28,715 nt of DNA from Thermoproteota archaeon (lineage in GTDB: Archaea; Korarchaeota; Korarchaeia; Korarchaeales; Korarchaeaceae). Positions within the stretch are counted from its first letter, which is position 1. Each line of letters begins with the position of its first letter. The notes below the pieces were generated by a model. It was not told where the DNA came from. It did no database searches and saw nothing but the letters and a program-made list of their open reading frames with translations. A program made the translations under genes and the position numbers. The stretch covers positions 85,340 through 114,054 of the forward strand of contig JAOZFN010000012.1 in the NCBI GenBank assembly GCA_027492205.1, in the 5' to 3' direction. Below, in pieces: positions 18,904 to 26,877 of this stretch.

Positions 18904-20301
18904 ATGTCTCTCGGGAGAGTTGTATTCACTGGAAGGTCTGTTGCGCCAGATGGTGCACGGCCCGCCCCGAGGATCATCAGGAGATCGCTTTCCAAGCTCG
19001 TTGAGGTTCTAGGCTTCAACGGAGATGCCTATGTGTACGTCAGCAGAAGAAAAGTCAGAGAGGCCCCCTGGCGAGAGATGGGTCTGGCTAAGCCCCCGAC
19101 CCTAGAGGTTAGGTTCTACCCCTGGGGATTCACTTCGTTCTGGGTGAGGACGGAGGTTCACAGGCGAGTGGGGCTCGAGGACCTAGCCGACCTTTGGGGA
19201 TCTGTCGCCGTCAAGATGCGGGGCCTTATAAGATCCGAGGGGACGAGAATCGGTGCTAAGAACGGGTCTAAGCTGTTTTCGCTGGTGAATGTGGTTCGCG
19301 GTTATGTGTCTGAGAGGGGGTGGGACAGGGCCGTGGTGTTCAAGCTAACGGCTCCCCTCGTAAGGAAGGAGGTCTCGCGCAGCCACGCAGAGACGCGACT
19401 GACCGAACTCAAGTTACGAAGTCCTGGAGACGTGTTCGCGCTCAGCGAGTTCGGCGTCTTTGCGTACTTTCCAAGTTTGACCGGCAGATCTGGTCACCGA
19501 GCCCGTAAAAAGCTCCGAAGGAGTGTGGAGTATGCGGCGGACCTCGCACTCGCCCAGAGGCTAATAGGAGATAACCCAAACATCTTGGCCGAGAGAAAGG
19601 TTGCCGATAACCTCATCTTCTTAGCCCCCGGCGCCATCACGGCCAGAAGGGAAGGTATATGTCTGGACGGTTTCTTTTCTTTCATCTACAAGTCGATCTC
19701 AGGGAAACTAAACTCCGCTGAGGCCTTTTTGAGGGCGATCTCACACATTAGGCTGATTTTTCCCCCGAGGATACTTGATCTCGGGAGGCTCTACTTGGGG
19801 ATGGCGAATCTAGGCCTCGACTCTCCCGTTGCTAGCGATGTCGCCTTTGCGGCGCTCGGAAGGGAGGAGTTCGACGTCGTCCTCCTGCTAGCCATCAAGG
19901 AGATAGTTGACGAGGAGGTGGCGGAACCCTCTCTAAAGGCCAAAGCACTTTGCGAGGCCGCGCGGCAGTTTGGGCTGTCTCAACCACCCAGAATATCTGA
20001 GCGATCACTTGCAAAGCGCCTTGAGTCCCGAGAGGATATCAAGGGCAGCCTGTCGATACCAGAGATCTGCCTAGTGCTCACTCGCATCGACGAGAGCGTG
20101 CTGTATGCCAGCGGAGGAGGACTCATGAACGGACTTGTGGCAAAGGGGTACGTCAGGAGGTGTGAAGTTGGAAGAGCTGGTAAGGGGGTCCCAAAGGTCG
20201 AAGTTTACATTTTGACATGGTTGCCCCAGCTAAGCGATCTCAAGAGCGTAATAAGAGAGCCAGTGAGGTCAATAGCCTGGAGAGTTCTCCGCCGAGACTG
20301 A
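18904..20301 (+). CDS. Hypothetical protein with C-terminal winged HTH; N-terminus resembles the CorA-like soluble domain
   Basis: Long ORF, open from 18505. ATG 18904 is preferred; ATG 18712 overlapping the upstream TGA is an alternative. wHTH-like LSIPEICLVL...MNGLVAKGYVRR...VEVYILT. Confidence 0.55.
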   Translation: MSLGRVVFTGRSVAPDGARPAPRIIRRSLSKLVEVLGFNGDAYVYVSRRKVREAPWREMGLAKPPTLEVRFYPWGFTSFWVRTEVHRRVGLEDLADLWGSVAVKMRGLIRSEGTRIGAKNGSKLFSLVNVVRGYVSERGWDRAVVFKLTAPLVRKEVSRSHAETRLTELKLRSPGDVFALSEFGVFAYFPSLTGRSGHRARKKLRRSVEYAADLALAQRLIGDNPNILAERKVADNLIFLAPGAITARREGICLDGFFSFIYKSISGKLNSAEAFLRAISHIRLIFPPRILDLGRLYLGMANLGLDSPVASDVAFAALGREEFDVVLLLAIKEIVDEEVAEPSLKAKALCEAARQFGLSQPPRISERSLAKRLESREDIKGSLSIPEICLVLTRIDESVLYASGGGLMNGLVAKGYVRRCEVGRAGKGVPKVEVYILTWLPQLSDLKSVIREPVRSIAWRVLRRD

Positions 20302-21817
20302 ACTCCTGTCGCTCTTCGTCCCATAGCTCCCAGGGAATCTCCCAGTGAGACTCTAACCCGGTCAGGATGGGCTGGAACGTGGTCAACCTCTCGCCTAATA
20401 GGGCAGACAGCATTCTGGCCATTCTGAGACCCGACTCAGGCGAGACGAACACAGGACCCCAGGCGCCCCTCAATGATCCCTCTAGGTACGCTAGCACGGG
20501 GGAGGAGATTGCAGCGAGTGCATTCAGCATTAGACCAAACTCACTCTCACCCACCTCGACGTGGATGAGAGTCGGTTCTCCGAAAAACCGCCCGGTAGGG
20601 CTGTAGGACCTGTATATGACCCCCCCATCCCTGAACTTTCTTATCTTGTAGCGTACTCCCCTGAATCCCTCCTCGACGAGAGAGCTCTCAGATATGCTGC
20701 CAGTTCTGTGGATCCTCGCAAGGAGCCTCATGTCCTCCCTGCTCAGTCTCTTCCGAGCGACGGTCTCTTTTGGAGAAATGGGTCTCAACCTCGCGGGGCC
20801 ACGCAGTGCGGCGGACAGCCGGCGTCCCAGGTCGGGAACCTCTATCCTGTCCAACCGGAAGAAATATCCCTGTCTCTTCACCACGCCCACGCGGATGTCG
20901 AGGCTCTCCAAGCCCTCGATCAGCGGAAATACTAGCCTCCTCGGCACAAGAACTATCGCGTAGCTGGGTGAGCGGCTAGAGACGGTCCAGAGTATGGAGT
21001 AAGTGAGCTTAGAGCTTGCAAAGTCCTCTACCAGCCTCCTAGACGGAAGCTCACAGACAACTGTCTCCAAGCCGAGAGCCGGGAAGTTGACGTGCCAAGG
21101 TCCGGAGACCATCTCCCCGTACCTCAGCTTCTTTATCGTGCGTGACACCGTAGGCTGAGATATCCCCGTCTCCCTTGACACGTCGGAGACTAAGAGATCC
21201 GGATTTCTGGCAAGGATCCTGAGAACCGCCATTCCCCTCCTGCTCAGATGCGGCTTTGTGTCGGATAAGCTGGCCAGCAGTATCCTGAAGTAGAGGGAGA
21301 AACTTACCTTATCAGTCAACTCCTCCGCGGCGGCCATCAGGTGAACGGCTTGCTTCACCGTGATTAGCCGCTGGCGGGCTGGAAGTATGCCCAACAGAGA
21401 GGGGGCATCGTATAGCGGAAGGCTGGAAACCTTCACTACGTGCGTGTTCTCCCTCCACCACCCCAGACTTCCCAGGGAGTACGCCCAGGCCAGGTCCATC
21501 GTCTCTGGGACCGCTCGTAAGAACTTGGGTGGAATGAAGAGCCTGAAAGCCTCCCGCTTGACGGCCTGCCTGATTCTAGATCCTAACCTTCCACTGAAGA
21601 TGAGCCTTTGCCCATCCTCTCTAACGCCGGATCTGTAGCCTGAAGAAATCGGCTCGTCCTCAACAGTAATCTCAGGAGGTATGTCCCAGAACGGACTCAT
21701 TAGAAGCTTCCTTTGTATCTCACGCACTTCACGCTCGAGGGCCTCTCTATTCGCGAGCATCCGCGCCCTAGCGGAGTGAGACTCGCTCTGAATTAATTGC
21801 GGGGGTCTCGCGACCAC
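20240..21817 (-). CDS. Tandem Lrp/AsnC-like winged-HTH regulator with an extra N-terminal domain
   Basis: AGGAGG RBS. HTH1: LSRRGMAVLRILARNP...SDVSRETGISQPTVSRTIKKL...VNFPALGL. HTH2: LSREDMRLLARI...VRYKIRKFRDGGVI. Confidence 0.75.
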   Translation of the reverse strand: MVARPPQLIQSESHSARARMLANREALEREVREIQRKLLMSPFWDIPPEITVEDEPISSGYRSGVREDGQRLIFSGRLGSRIRQAVKREAFRLFIPPKFLRAVPETMDLAWAYSLGSLGWWRENTHVVKVSSLPLYDAPSLLGILPARQRLITVKQAVHLMAAAEELTDKVSFSLYFRILLASLSDTKPHLSRRGMAVLRILARNPDLLVSDVSRETGISQPTVSRTIKKLRYGEMVSGPWHVNFPALGLETVVCELPSRRLVEDFASSKLTYSILWTVSSRSPSYAIVLVPRRLVFPLIEGLESLDIRVGVVKRQGYFFRLDRIEVPDLGRRLSAALRGPARLRPISPKETVARKRLSREDMRLLARIHRTGSISESSLVEEGFRGVRYKIRKFRDGGVIYRSYSPTGRFFGEPTLIHVEVGESEFGLMLNALAAISSPVLAYLEGSLRGAWGPVFVSPESGLRMARMLSALLGERLTTFQPILTGLESHWEIPWELWDEERQEFSLGGELSRLLTSLALLLRS

Positions 21818-21926
21818 CTTTCCTCCTACTTATGCGGATGATAGAGAAAGCTTCGCCGGTTTTTCTGGCCAATTCAGAAGAAAATGTCCAATAATCGCGC
21901 TATTTTCCGGAAAGACAGGTGAGAAG

Positions 21927-22001
21927 ATGGGGATTGTAGTGAAGAAAATGCCACCGCCTCTGCCGCCTAGGCCCCCCGTGATTCCAGATCCCCCGGAGTG
22001 A
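21927..22001 (+). CDS. 24-aa proline-rich micropeptide MGIVVKKMPPPLPPRPPVIPDPPE
   Basis: AGGTGA RBS just upstream, AT-rich upstream region, hairpin and T tract directly after; too short for the ORF track. Confidence 0.55.
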   Translation: MGIVVKKMPPPLPPRPPVIPDPPE

Positions 22002-22048
22002 GGGATCTAGGTTTTCTCCTCTCCCCCTTTTTTGTCTTGTTTTGTTGT
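21986..22048 (+). terminator. Hairpin + oligo-T terminator
   Basis: AGATCCC(21986-92)/GGGATCT(22002-08) followed by TTTT...TTTTTTGTCTTGTTTTGTTGT. Confidence 0.55.
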
Positions 22049-22146
22049 CGGGCATTTTGGAAGTTGGGGTTGACTGGAGCTGTATGCGGCGTGAAATGAC
22101 CTCAAAAGAGGTGCAGACAGGTTCTCTGGATAAAAGCCATGGAGAC

Positions 22147-22259
22147 CGCTGCGCTGATCTTTATAAGGCGGCGCCGGCCTCCCCGATCAGCGCGCCCCTC
22201 CCGGGATCGGGCGGGTGGAGGAGGCCCTCTGGAGGATATACCCATTAGGGGGTTGGGGG
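22147..22259 (+). promoter_or_regulatory. Leader of array 2 with TATA box (TTTATAA, 22160-22166)
   Basis: Matches the reverse complement of 831-926 except for a 14-nt insertion (22185-22198) and the last few bases. Confidence 0.9.
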
Positions 22260-22755
22260 GAAGCAATCAGAGCTACGCCTTTTTTGCCCAGAACGTGCCA
22301 AGTCTATGGCGGGTTCCGGCTCCGGAAGAACGAAGCAATCAGAGCTACGCCTTTTTTGCCCAGAACGTGGGTTCCCCTTGTCGTCCAACTCCTCTTCAAT
22401 CTTCACGAAGCAATCAGAGCTACGCCTTTTTTGCCCAGAACGTTTGGAATGGGAAGCCACGCCTCGACCCCTCCCTTGCCCCTGACGAAGGAAGCAATCA
22501 GAGCTACGCCTTTTTTGCCCAGAACGTGCGAAGCGTGGATAGCAAAGAAATCGAGTCGGATCTTGAAGCAATCAGAGCTACGCCTTTTTTGCCCAGAACG
22601 TGGAGGGGGCGGAGGCGGAGGGGTGGACCCGTCGCTCGTCGCCGGGAAGCAATCAGAGCTACGCCTTTTTTGCCCAGAACGTTACCAACAGATAGATTGA
22701 GAAGCCGGTCGAGTCTAAGAAGCAATCAGAGCTACGCCTTTTTTGCCCAGAACGT
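22260..22755 (+). CRISPR. CRISPR array 2: 7 identical atypical 37-nt repeats, 6 spacers (35, 38, 47, 37, 44, 36 nt)
   Basis: GAAGCAATCAGAGCTACGCCTTTTTTGCCCAGAACGT at 22260, 22332, 22407, 22491, 22565, 22646 and 22719; unique spacers; leader homologous to leader 1. Confidence 0.97.
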
Positions 22756-22913
22756 AGCAGGAAGAGCGGGCGACCAGAGTGGAGGACTTCTCGCGGGTGG
22801 TCAGCCCTCTCCGGAGGGGAGAGCCACGAGATCTCTTTCAGGCGGCTGCCAAGGATCCCCAGTGGAGCGGCCAGCCGGGGGGAGAAGATCGACCGGCGGA
22901 GGCCGGGCGTGCT

Positions 22914-23250
22914 CACTCCAGCCTGACCGCCCGCGTCGGGACCGCGAGCTCTGGGGAGTAGAAGCCGTAGCAGCCCACCACTTCCCGCCCCGCCGGCCGC
23001 ATCTCCGAGAAGAACTCTCTGAAGCTCGAGACGAGCTTGAACCCCCCGACCAGCGCGTCCCGCTCCCCCTCGAGGACGGCCAGCTCACGCCCAGCTCCAG
23101 CCTCCCGGCCTCCACCCCGCCGACCGCGGCCCCCTCCAAGACCCTGAGCCGCGGGGCGCCGGTCTCAGGCTCCACGGGGTCCTCTCGGCCCGACGACGTG
23201 GGGACCAAGTTGGATGGGAATGCCAGGGGCCTCGAGGAGTAGTCCCTCAG
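22914..23250 (-). pseudogene. Possible frameshifted gene remnant
   Basis: Protein-like text in two frames (LRDYSSRPLAFP...RLRVLEG; LAVLEGERDALVGGFKLVSSFREFFSEM...AVRLE*) with no convincing start. Confidence 0.25.
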
Positions 23251-23353
23251 GCCGGTCAGGGCGTGGGTGAGGAGGGTGCAACGGAGGCTCGACCTACAGA
23301 CGGTCGCCGGTCTCCACTCCGCCCTTCCAACCTCCTCGGGCTTCCGAGGCAGG

Positions 23354-24172
23354 TCAGTCGACCCTCATGTACCTCACCCCAGAGAAGAACCTGCCCGGCG
23401 CGAGGGCGACGAGCCCGGCGTCCAGACCCGCCAGGACCGCTGCTGAGATCAAGAGGTGCTCCAAGCCGATCGCGAAGCCCCCGAGGACCTGGCCGAACAC
23501 CGCCGCCAGGATGGGCGCCACCAGTATTGCGGACGCCTGCTGGGCCTCCCTTGCGCTCCTGGCCCTGGAGGAGGCCAGCACTGTGAGGGATATTGCGAGG
23601 AAGGCGTAGAGCGGGGACACGAGGGCGACGACCACGCACCACTCGGGGCCGGACGGGAACCACCACCCGCCGAACATGTCAGCCGACATCAGGTTGGTCG
23701 CCAGGGCCATCAGCGCGAAGGCGCCCCAGGAGGCCCCCACGCCCGGCGCCAGGGACGCGAGGGCCTTGGCCAGGAAGAGCTCCCTCTCGGTGAGCGGGGC
23801 GGCCAGGAGGACCTCTATGGTCCCCCTCTCCCTCTCGCCGGCGAAGCTGTCCGCCGCCATCACGGTCGACACCGCCAGGGGGATCACCAGGAAGAGCGGG
23901 GGGACGATCAGCGAGAAGGCCGCGTAGACAGACCTAGCCACCTCGTCCAGCCCCTCGGGAGCCGCGGGAAGGGGCAGGTCCCCGAGCCTGACGGGTATCG
24001 ATATGGGGACGACGGCGCCGCCCGAGATCCTGGCCCCGAACACGATTATGGCCGGCAGGACGACGCCGAAGTAGACCGTCAGCGCCAGGGCGGTCCCGAC
24101 CAGCCAACCGCTCCTAGAGAACTCCCTCCAGTCCTTCACCAGGACGCACAGAACCCTCGACCACCTGATCAC
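23354..24172 (-). CDS. ABC-2 type transporter permease
   Basis: Multiple TM segments; AADSFAGERERGTIEVLLAAP...LFLAK. Confidence 0.93.
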   Translation of the reverse strand: MIRWSRVLCVLVKDWREFSRSGWLVGTALALTVYFGVVLPAIIVFGARISGGAVVPISIPVRLGDLPLPAAPEGLDEVARSVYAAFSLIVPPLFLVIPLAVSTVMAADSFAGERERGTIEVLLAAPLTERELFLAKALASLAPGVGASWGAFALMALATNLMSADMFGGWWFPSGPEWCVVVALVSPLYAFLAISLTVLASSRARSAREAQQASAILVAPILAAVFGQVLGGFAIGLEHLLISAAVLAGLDAGLVALAPGRFFSGVRYMRVD

Positions 24173-25185
24173 GCCCGCACCACCCCCTCCCCAGACCCCT
24201 CGGCCGTCCTCGCGTCCACGTCTGGGCCCTCTCCCACACCACCGCCGGACCGGGACCTCCCCCGCGGCCCGCCCCGGACGACCGAGATGAACGCCTCCTC
24301 CAGCGACGAGGTCCGGCGGATCGACAGGATCTTGGCTCCCGCCTCGACCAGGGCCGCGCTGAGCTCGGGCACCACCGAGTCCGGATCCCCCTCAAGCTCC
24401 GCGACGAGCTCTCCGGACTCCAGCTTGGCGGAGGTCACCCCCTGGACCGAGAGGGCCACCCTCACCAGCCCCTCCGAGGGGTTGGCCAGGGCCACCCTCA
24501 CCGGGACCCTAATCGAGGCCCTCTCGGCGAGTTCCCTCGGCCTCCCCACGGCGAGGATCGTCCTCCTTATTATCGCGACCCTGTCGCAGACCTGCTCCGC
24601 CTCGAATAGGTTGTGAGTGGAGAGGAGGACCGTCTTCCCCTCCTCCCTGGCCACCCTCACCACCAGGTCCCTGACCTCCCTGGCGCTCATCGGGTCCAGG
24701 CCGGACGTGGGCTCGTCCAGGAGCAGGACGGGCGGGTCGTGGACGAGGGCCCTGGCTATGGCCAGCCTCTGCCTCAGCCCCCTGGACAGCCTCGAGGCCA
24801 GCTGATCCGCCCTTCCCTCCAGCGAGAAGAACCTCAGGAGCCTAGAGACCCTCGGCCCAACCTCTCCGCCGGGTACCCCGTACAGCCTGGCGAAGAACTC
24901 GAGGTTCTCCCTGACGGTCAGCCGGCCGTAGACCGACGGGACCTCGGGCAGGTACCCGATGGACTGCTTGGCCCTGGACGGCTCCCTGAGGGCGTCTACT
25001 CCCGCCACGACGACGGACCCCGCGTCTGGGGGTATCACGCAGCAGATTATCCTCATGGTGGTGGTCTTGCCGGCCCCGTTGGGGCCGAGGAGGCCGAAAA
25101 CCTCCCCCGACCCGACCGAGAAGGTCACGCCCTCGATGGCCGTGACGGGGCCGTACCTCTTGACGAGCCCGCTCACCTCAATCAT
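24169..25185 (-). CDS. ABC transporter ATP-binding protein
   Basis: GPNGAGKTT, LSRGLRQR and LLLDEPT motifs. The start MIEVSGL at 25185 overlaps the upstream TGA. Confidence 0.95.
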   Translation of the reverse strand: MIEVSGLVKRYGPVTAIEGVTFSVGSGEVFGLLGPNGAGKTTTMRIICCVIPPDAGSVVVAGVDALREPSRAKQSIGYLPEVPSVYGRLTVRENLEFFARLYGVPGGEVGPRVSRLLRFFSLEGRADQLASRLSRGLRQRLAIARALVHDPPVLLLDEPTSGLDPMSAREVRDLVVRVAREEGKTVLLSTHNLFEAEQVCDRVAIIRRTILAVGRPRELAERASIRVPVRVALANPSEGLVRVALSVQGVTSAKLESGELVAELEGDPDSVVPELSAALVEAGAKILSIRRTSSLEEAFISVVRGGPRGRSRSGGGVGEGPDVDARTAEGSGEGVVRA

Positions 25186-25934
25186 CCCCACCACCTCTCC
25201 ATCCTCTCGGCCGCCAGGAGCGCCGCCATGTCGGCGGCGAGGAGGATCAGCAGGGCGAGCGAGGTCTCGACTATTGGCCGGGCCAACCCGCCCAGCCCGC
25301 CGTCCAGGATCTCGTAGGCCAGCTCCGCCCACCCGAAGGGGGTCAACCAGCGGGGGCCGACCCTGGAGGCGGCGAATAGCCCCAGGGTGGCGGCGGCGCC
25401 GAGGAGGGCGCTGGAGGACTGGGATCGGCAGAGGGCGCTGGCGCCCGCCGCGCAGAGCGTCCCCGAGGAGATGGGTAGGAGGGCGTAGGCCGACGCCGCC
25501 AGGGTCCTCGCCAGGTCCGTGGGGCCGAAGACGCTGACGGCGTAGCACCACGTGACCGCGGCGGAGGCCGCGACCCCGGCGGCCAGGGCGGCCAGCCTGG
25601 CCGCCAGCTTGGCGAGGAAGACGGACCCCACCGACACGGGCGCGGAGAGGAGCGGCTCAAGGGTCCCACCCTCCACCTCCCCCGAGACTACGTCCATCCC
25701 GAGCATGACCGACACCAGGGACCCTATCTGGTAGAGGGTCCTCACGTAGCCCCTGACGGCCTCGGAGGCCGTCATCTCAACGGGAAGGACGGCCCCCTCC
25801 GGTAGCAGCTCGGGCAGCATCTTCAGGGCGGCAACCCCGGCCATCCCGAAGAAGGAGAGGGCCGCGGCGGTCCAGACGGCCCTCTGTGCCGAGAGCCTCA
25901 GCTCCTCACCCAGCAGCGCCCAGATCCCCCGCAC
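25182..25934 (-). CDS. ABC-2 type transporter permease
   Basis: TM segments; VSGEVEGGTLEPLLSAPVS...FLAK; likely GTG start at 25934. Confidence 0.9.
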   Translation of the reverse strand: MRGIWALLGEELRLSAQRAVWTAAALSFFGMAGVAALKMLPELLPEGAVLPVEMTASEAVRGYVRTLYQIGSLVSVMLGMDVVSGEVEGGTLEPLLSAPVSVGSVFLAKLAARLAALAAGVAASAAVTWCYAVSVFGPTDLARTLAASAYALLPISSGTLCAAGASALCRSQSSSALLGAAATLGLFAASRVGPRWLTPFGWAELAYEILDGGLGGLARPIVETSLALLILLAADMAALLAAERMERWWG

Positions 25935-26877
25935 GGGCCGCTCCCCCCACGAGCGCCACGAACGCCTCCTCCAGCGTCGGCCTGTGGATCTCGAACAGGT
26001 CCGGCACCACCCCCTCATCCAAGAGGCGCCTCAGGACGACCGCGGCCGCCGACCGCAGGTCGCCGGGCCCCCCTATCGGGTCCACCTCGACGACCCCGTT
26101 CAGGTCCCTTAGCCTGACCGCGCGCCTGGCTTCCCGCAGGGCGGCCTCCAGGAGCGGGACTAGGTCTCCCGCCATCCGCGCCCTGAGCCTGAGCACCGGC
26201 CTCCCGGCCGAGGACCTAACCTCGTCGAGGGGTCCCCGCGCGAGCACCCTGCCCCGGGAGATGAGGCATACCCTCGTGCAGACCCTCTCCATCTCCGACA
26301 GGACGTGGGACGAGACCAAGACCGCCTTCCCCTCCGCAGCCTGCCGGGCTATGAGGTCCAGCACCTGGGCCCTGCTGAGTGGATCCAGGCCGGACGTGGG
26401 CTCGTCCAGGAGCAGGACGGGCGGGTCGTGGACGAGGGCCCTGGCCAGGGCCACCCTCCTCTTCAGACCCTTCGAGAGGGATCCCAACCTGGAGCCCAAC
26501 CTGTCGGAGATGCCGAGCTCCCTGGCCACCTCCCTGGCCCTGCCCTCCGGGTCCGCCAGGCCGTGCAGCCTCGCGAACATCGTCAGGTACCTCTCGCCGG
26601 TCATCCTCGCGGGCAGGCCCGACCTCTCGGGGAGATAGCCCACCGACCTCCTGACCCTGTCCCTCTCCCTGACAACGTCCGCCCCGTTCACTATGGCCCT
26701 GCCGGCCGTTGGCCTGATGACGGAGGCGAGTACCCTCATGGCGGTGGTCTTGCCCGCCCCGTTGGGCCCGAGTAGCCCCACCACCTCCCCAGGTTCGACG
26801 TCGAAGGAGACGCCCCTCACGGCCTCTACCTCCCCGTAGACCTTCACGAGACCCTCCACCAGGACGCCCCCGTCCAT
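25906..26877 (-). CDS. ABC transporter ATP-binding protein
   Basis: GPNGAGKTT, LSKGLKRR, LLLDEPT and SSH motifs. Confidence 0.95.
   Translation of the reverse strand: MDGGVLVEGLVKVYGEVEAVRGVSFDVEPGEVVGLLGPNGAGKTTAMRVLASVIRPTAGRAIVNGADVVRERDRVRRSVGYLPERSGLPARMTGERYLTMFARLHGLADPEGRAREVARELGISDRLGSRLGSLSKGLKRRVALARALVHDPPVLLLDEPTSGLDPLSRAQVLDLIARQAAEGKAVLVSSHVLSEMERVCTRVCLISRGRVLARGPLDEVRSSAGRPVLRLRARMAGDLVPLLEAALREARRAVRLRDLNGVVEVDPIGGPGDLRSAAAVVLRRLLDEGVVPDLFEIHRPTLEEAFVALVGGAARAGDLGAAG

Noticed and set aside
22274-22296. Repeat 2 tail as an inversion of the repeat 1 tail (TTTTTGCCC vs TCTCTGCCC)
   Set aside because: Similarity is limited to a short core and could be chance
22297-22718. Self-targeting spacers or an anti-repeat/tracrRNA within the window
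   Set aside because: No convincing match found by eye; a computed alignment is needed to exclude partial matches
22260-22755. Array 2 as a simply degenerate copy of array 1
   Set aside because: All 7 repeats are identical to each other and the change is a block replacement, not scattered mutation
22139-23242. 367-aa and other ORFs over array 2 as a repeat protein
   Set aside because: Variable spacer lengths shift the frame of the repeat, nucleotide repeats are exact, and a CRISPR leader precedes them
25186-25551. N-terminal extension of the ABC ATPase
   Set aside because: It lies inside the permease gene; the coupled ATG at 25185 gives a normal ABC N-terminus
24695-26446. Near-identical stretches GGCCGGACGTGGGCTCGTCCAGGAGCAGGACGGGCGGGTCGTGGACGAGGGCCCTGG in two places
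   Set aside because: Explained by the conserved Walker B region of two paralogous ABC ATPases
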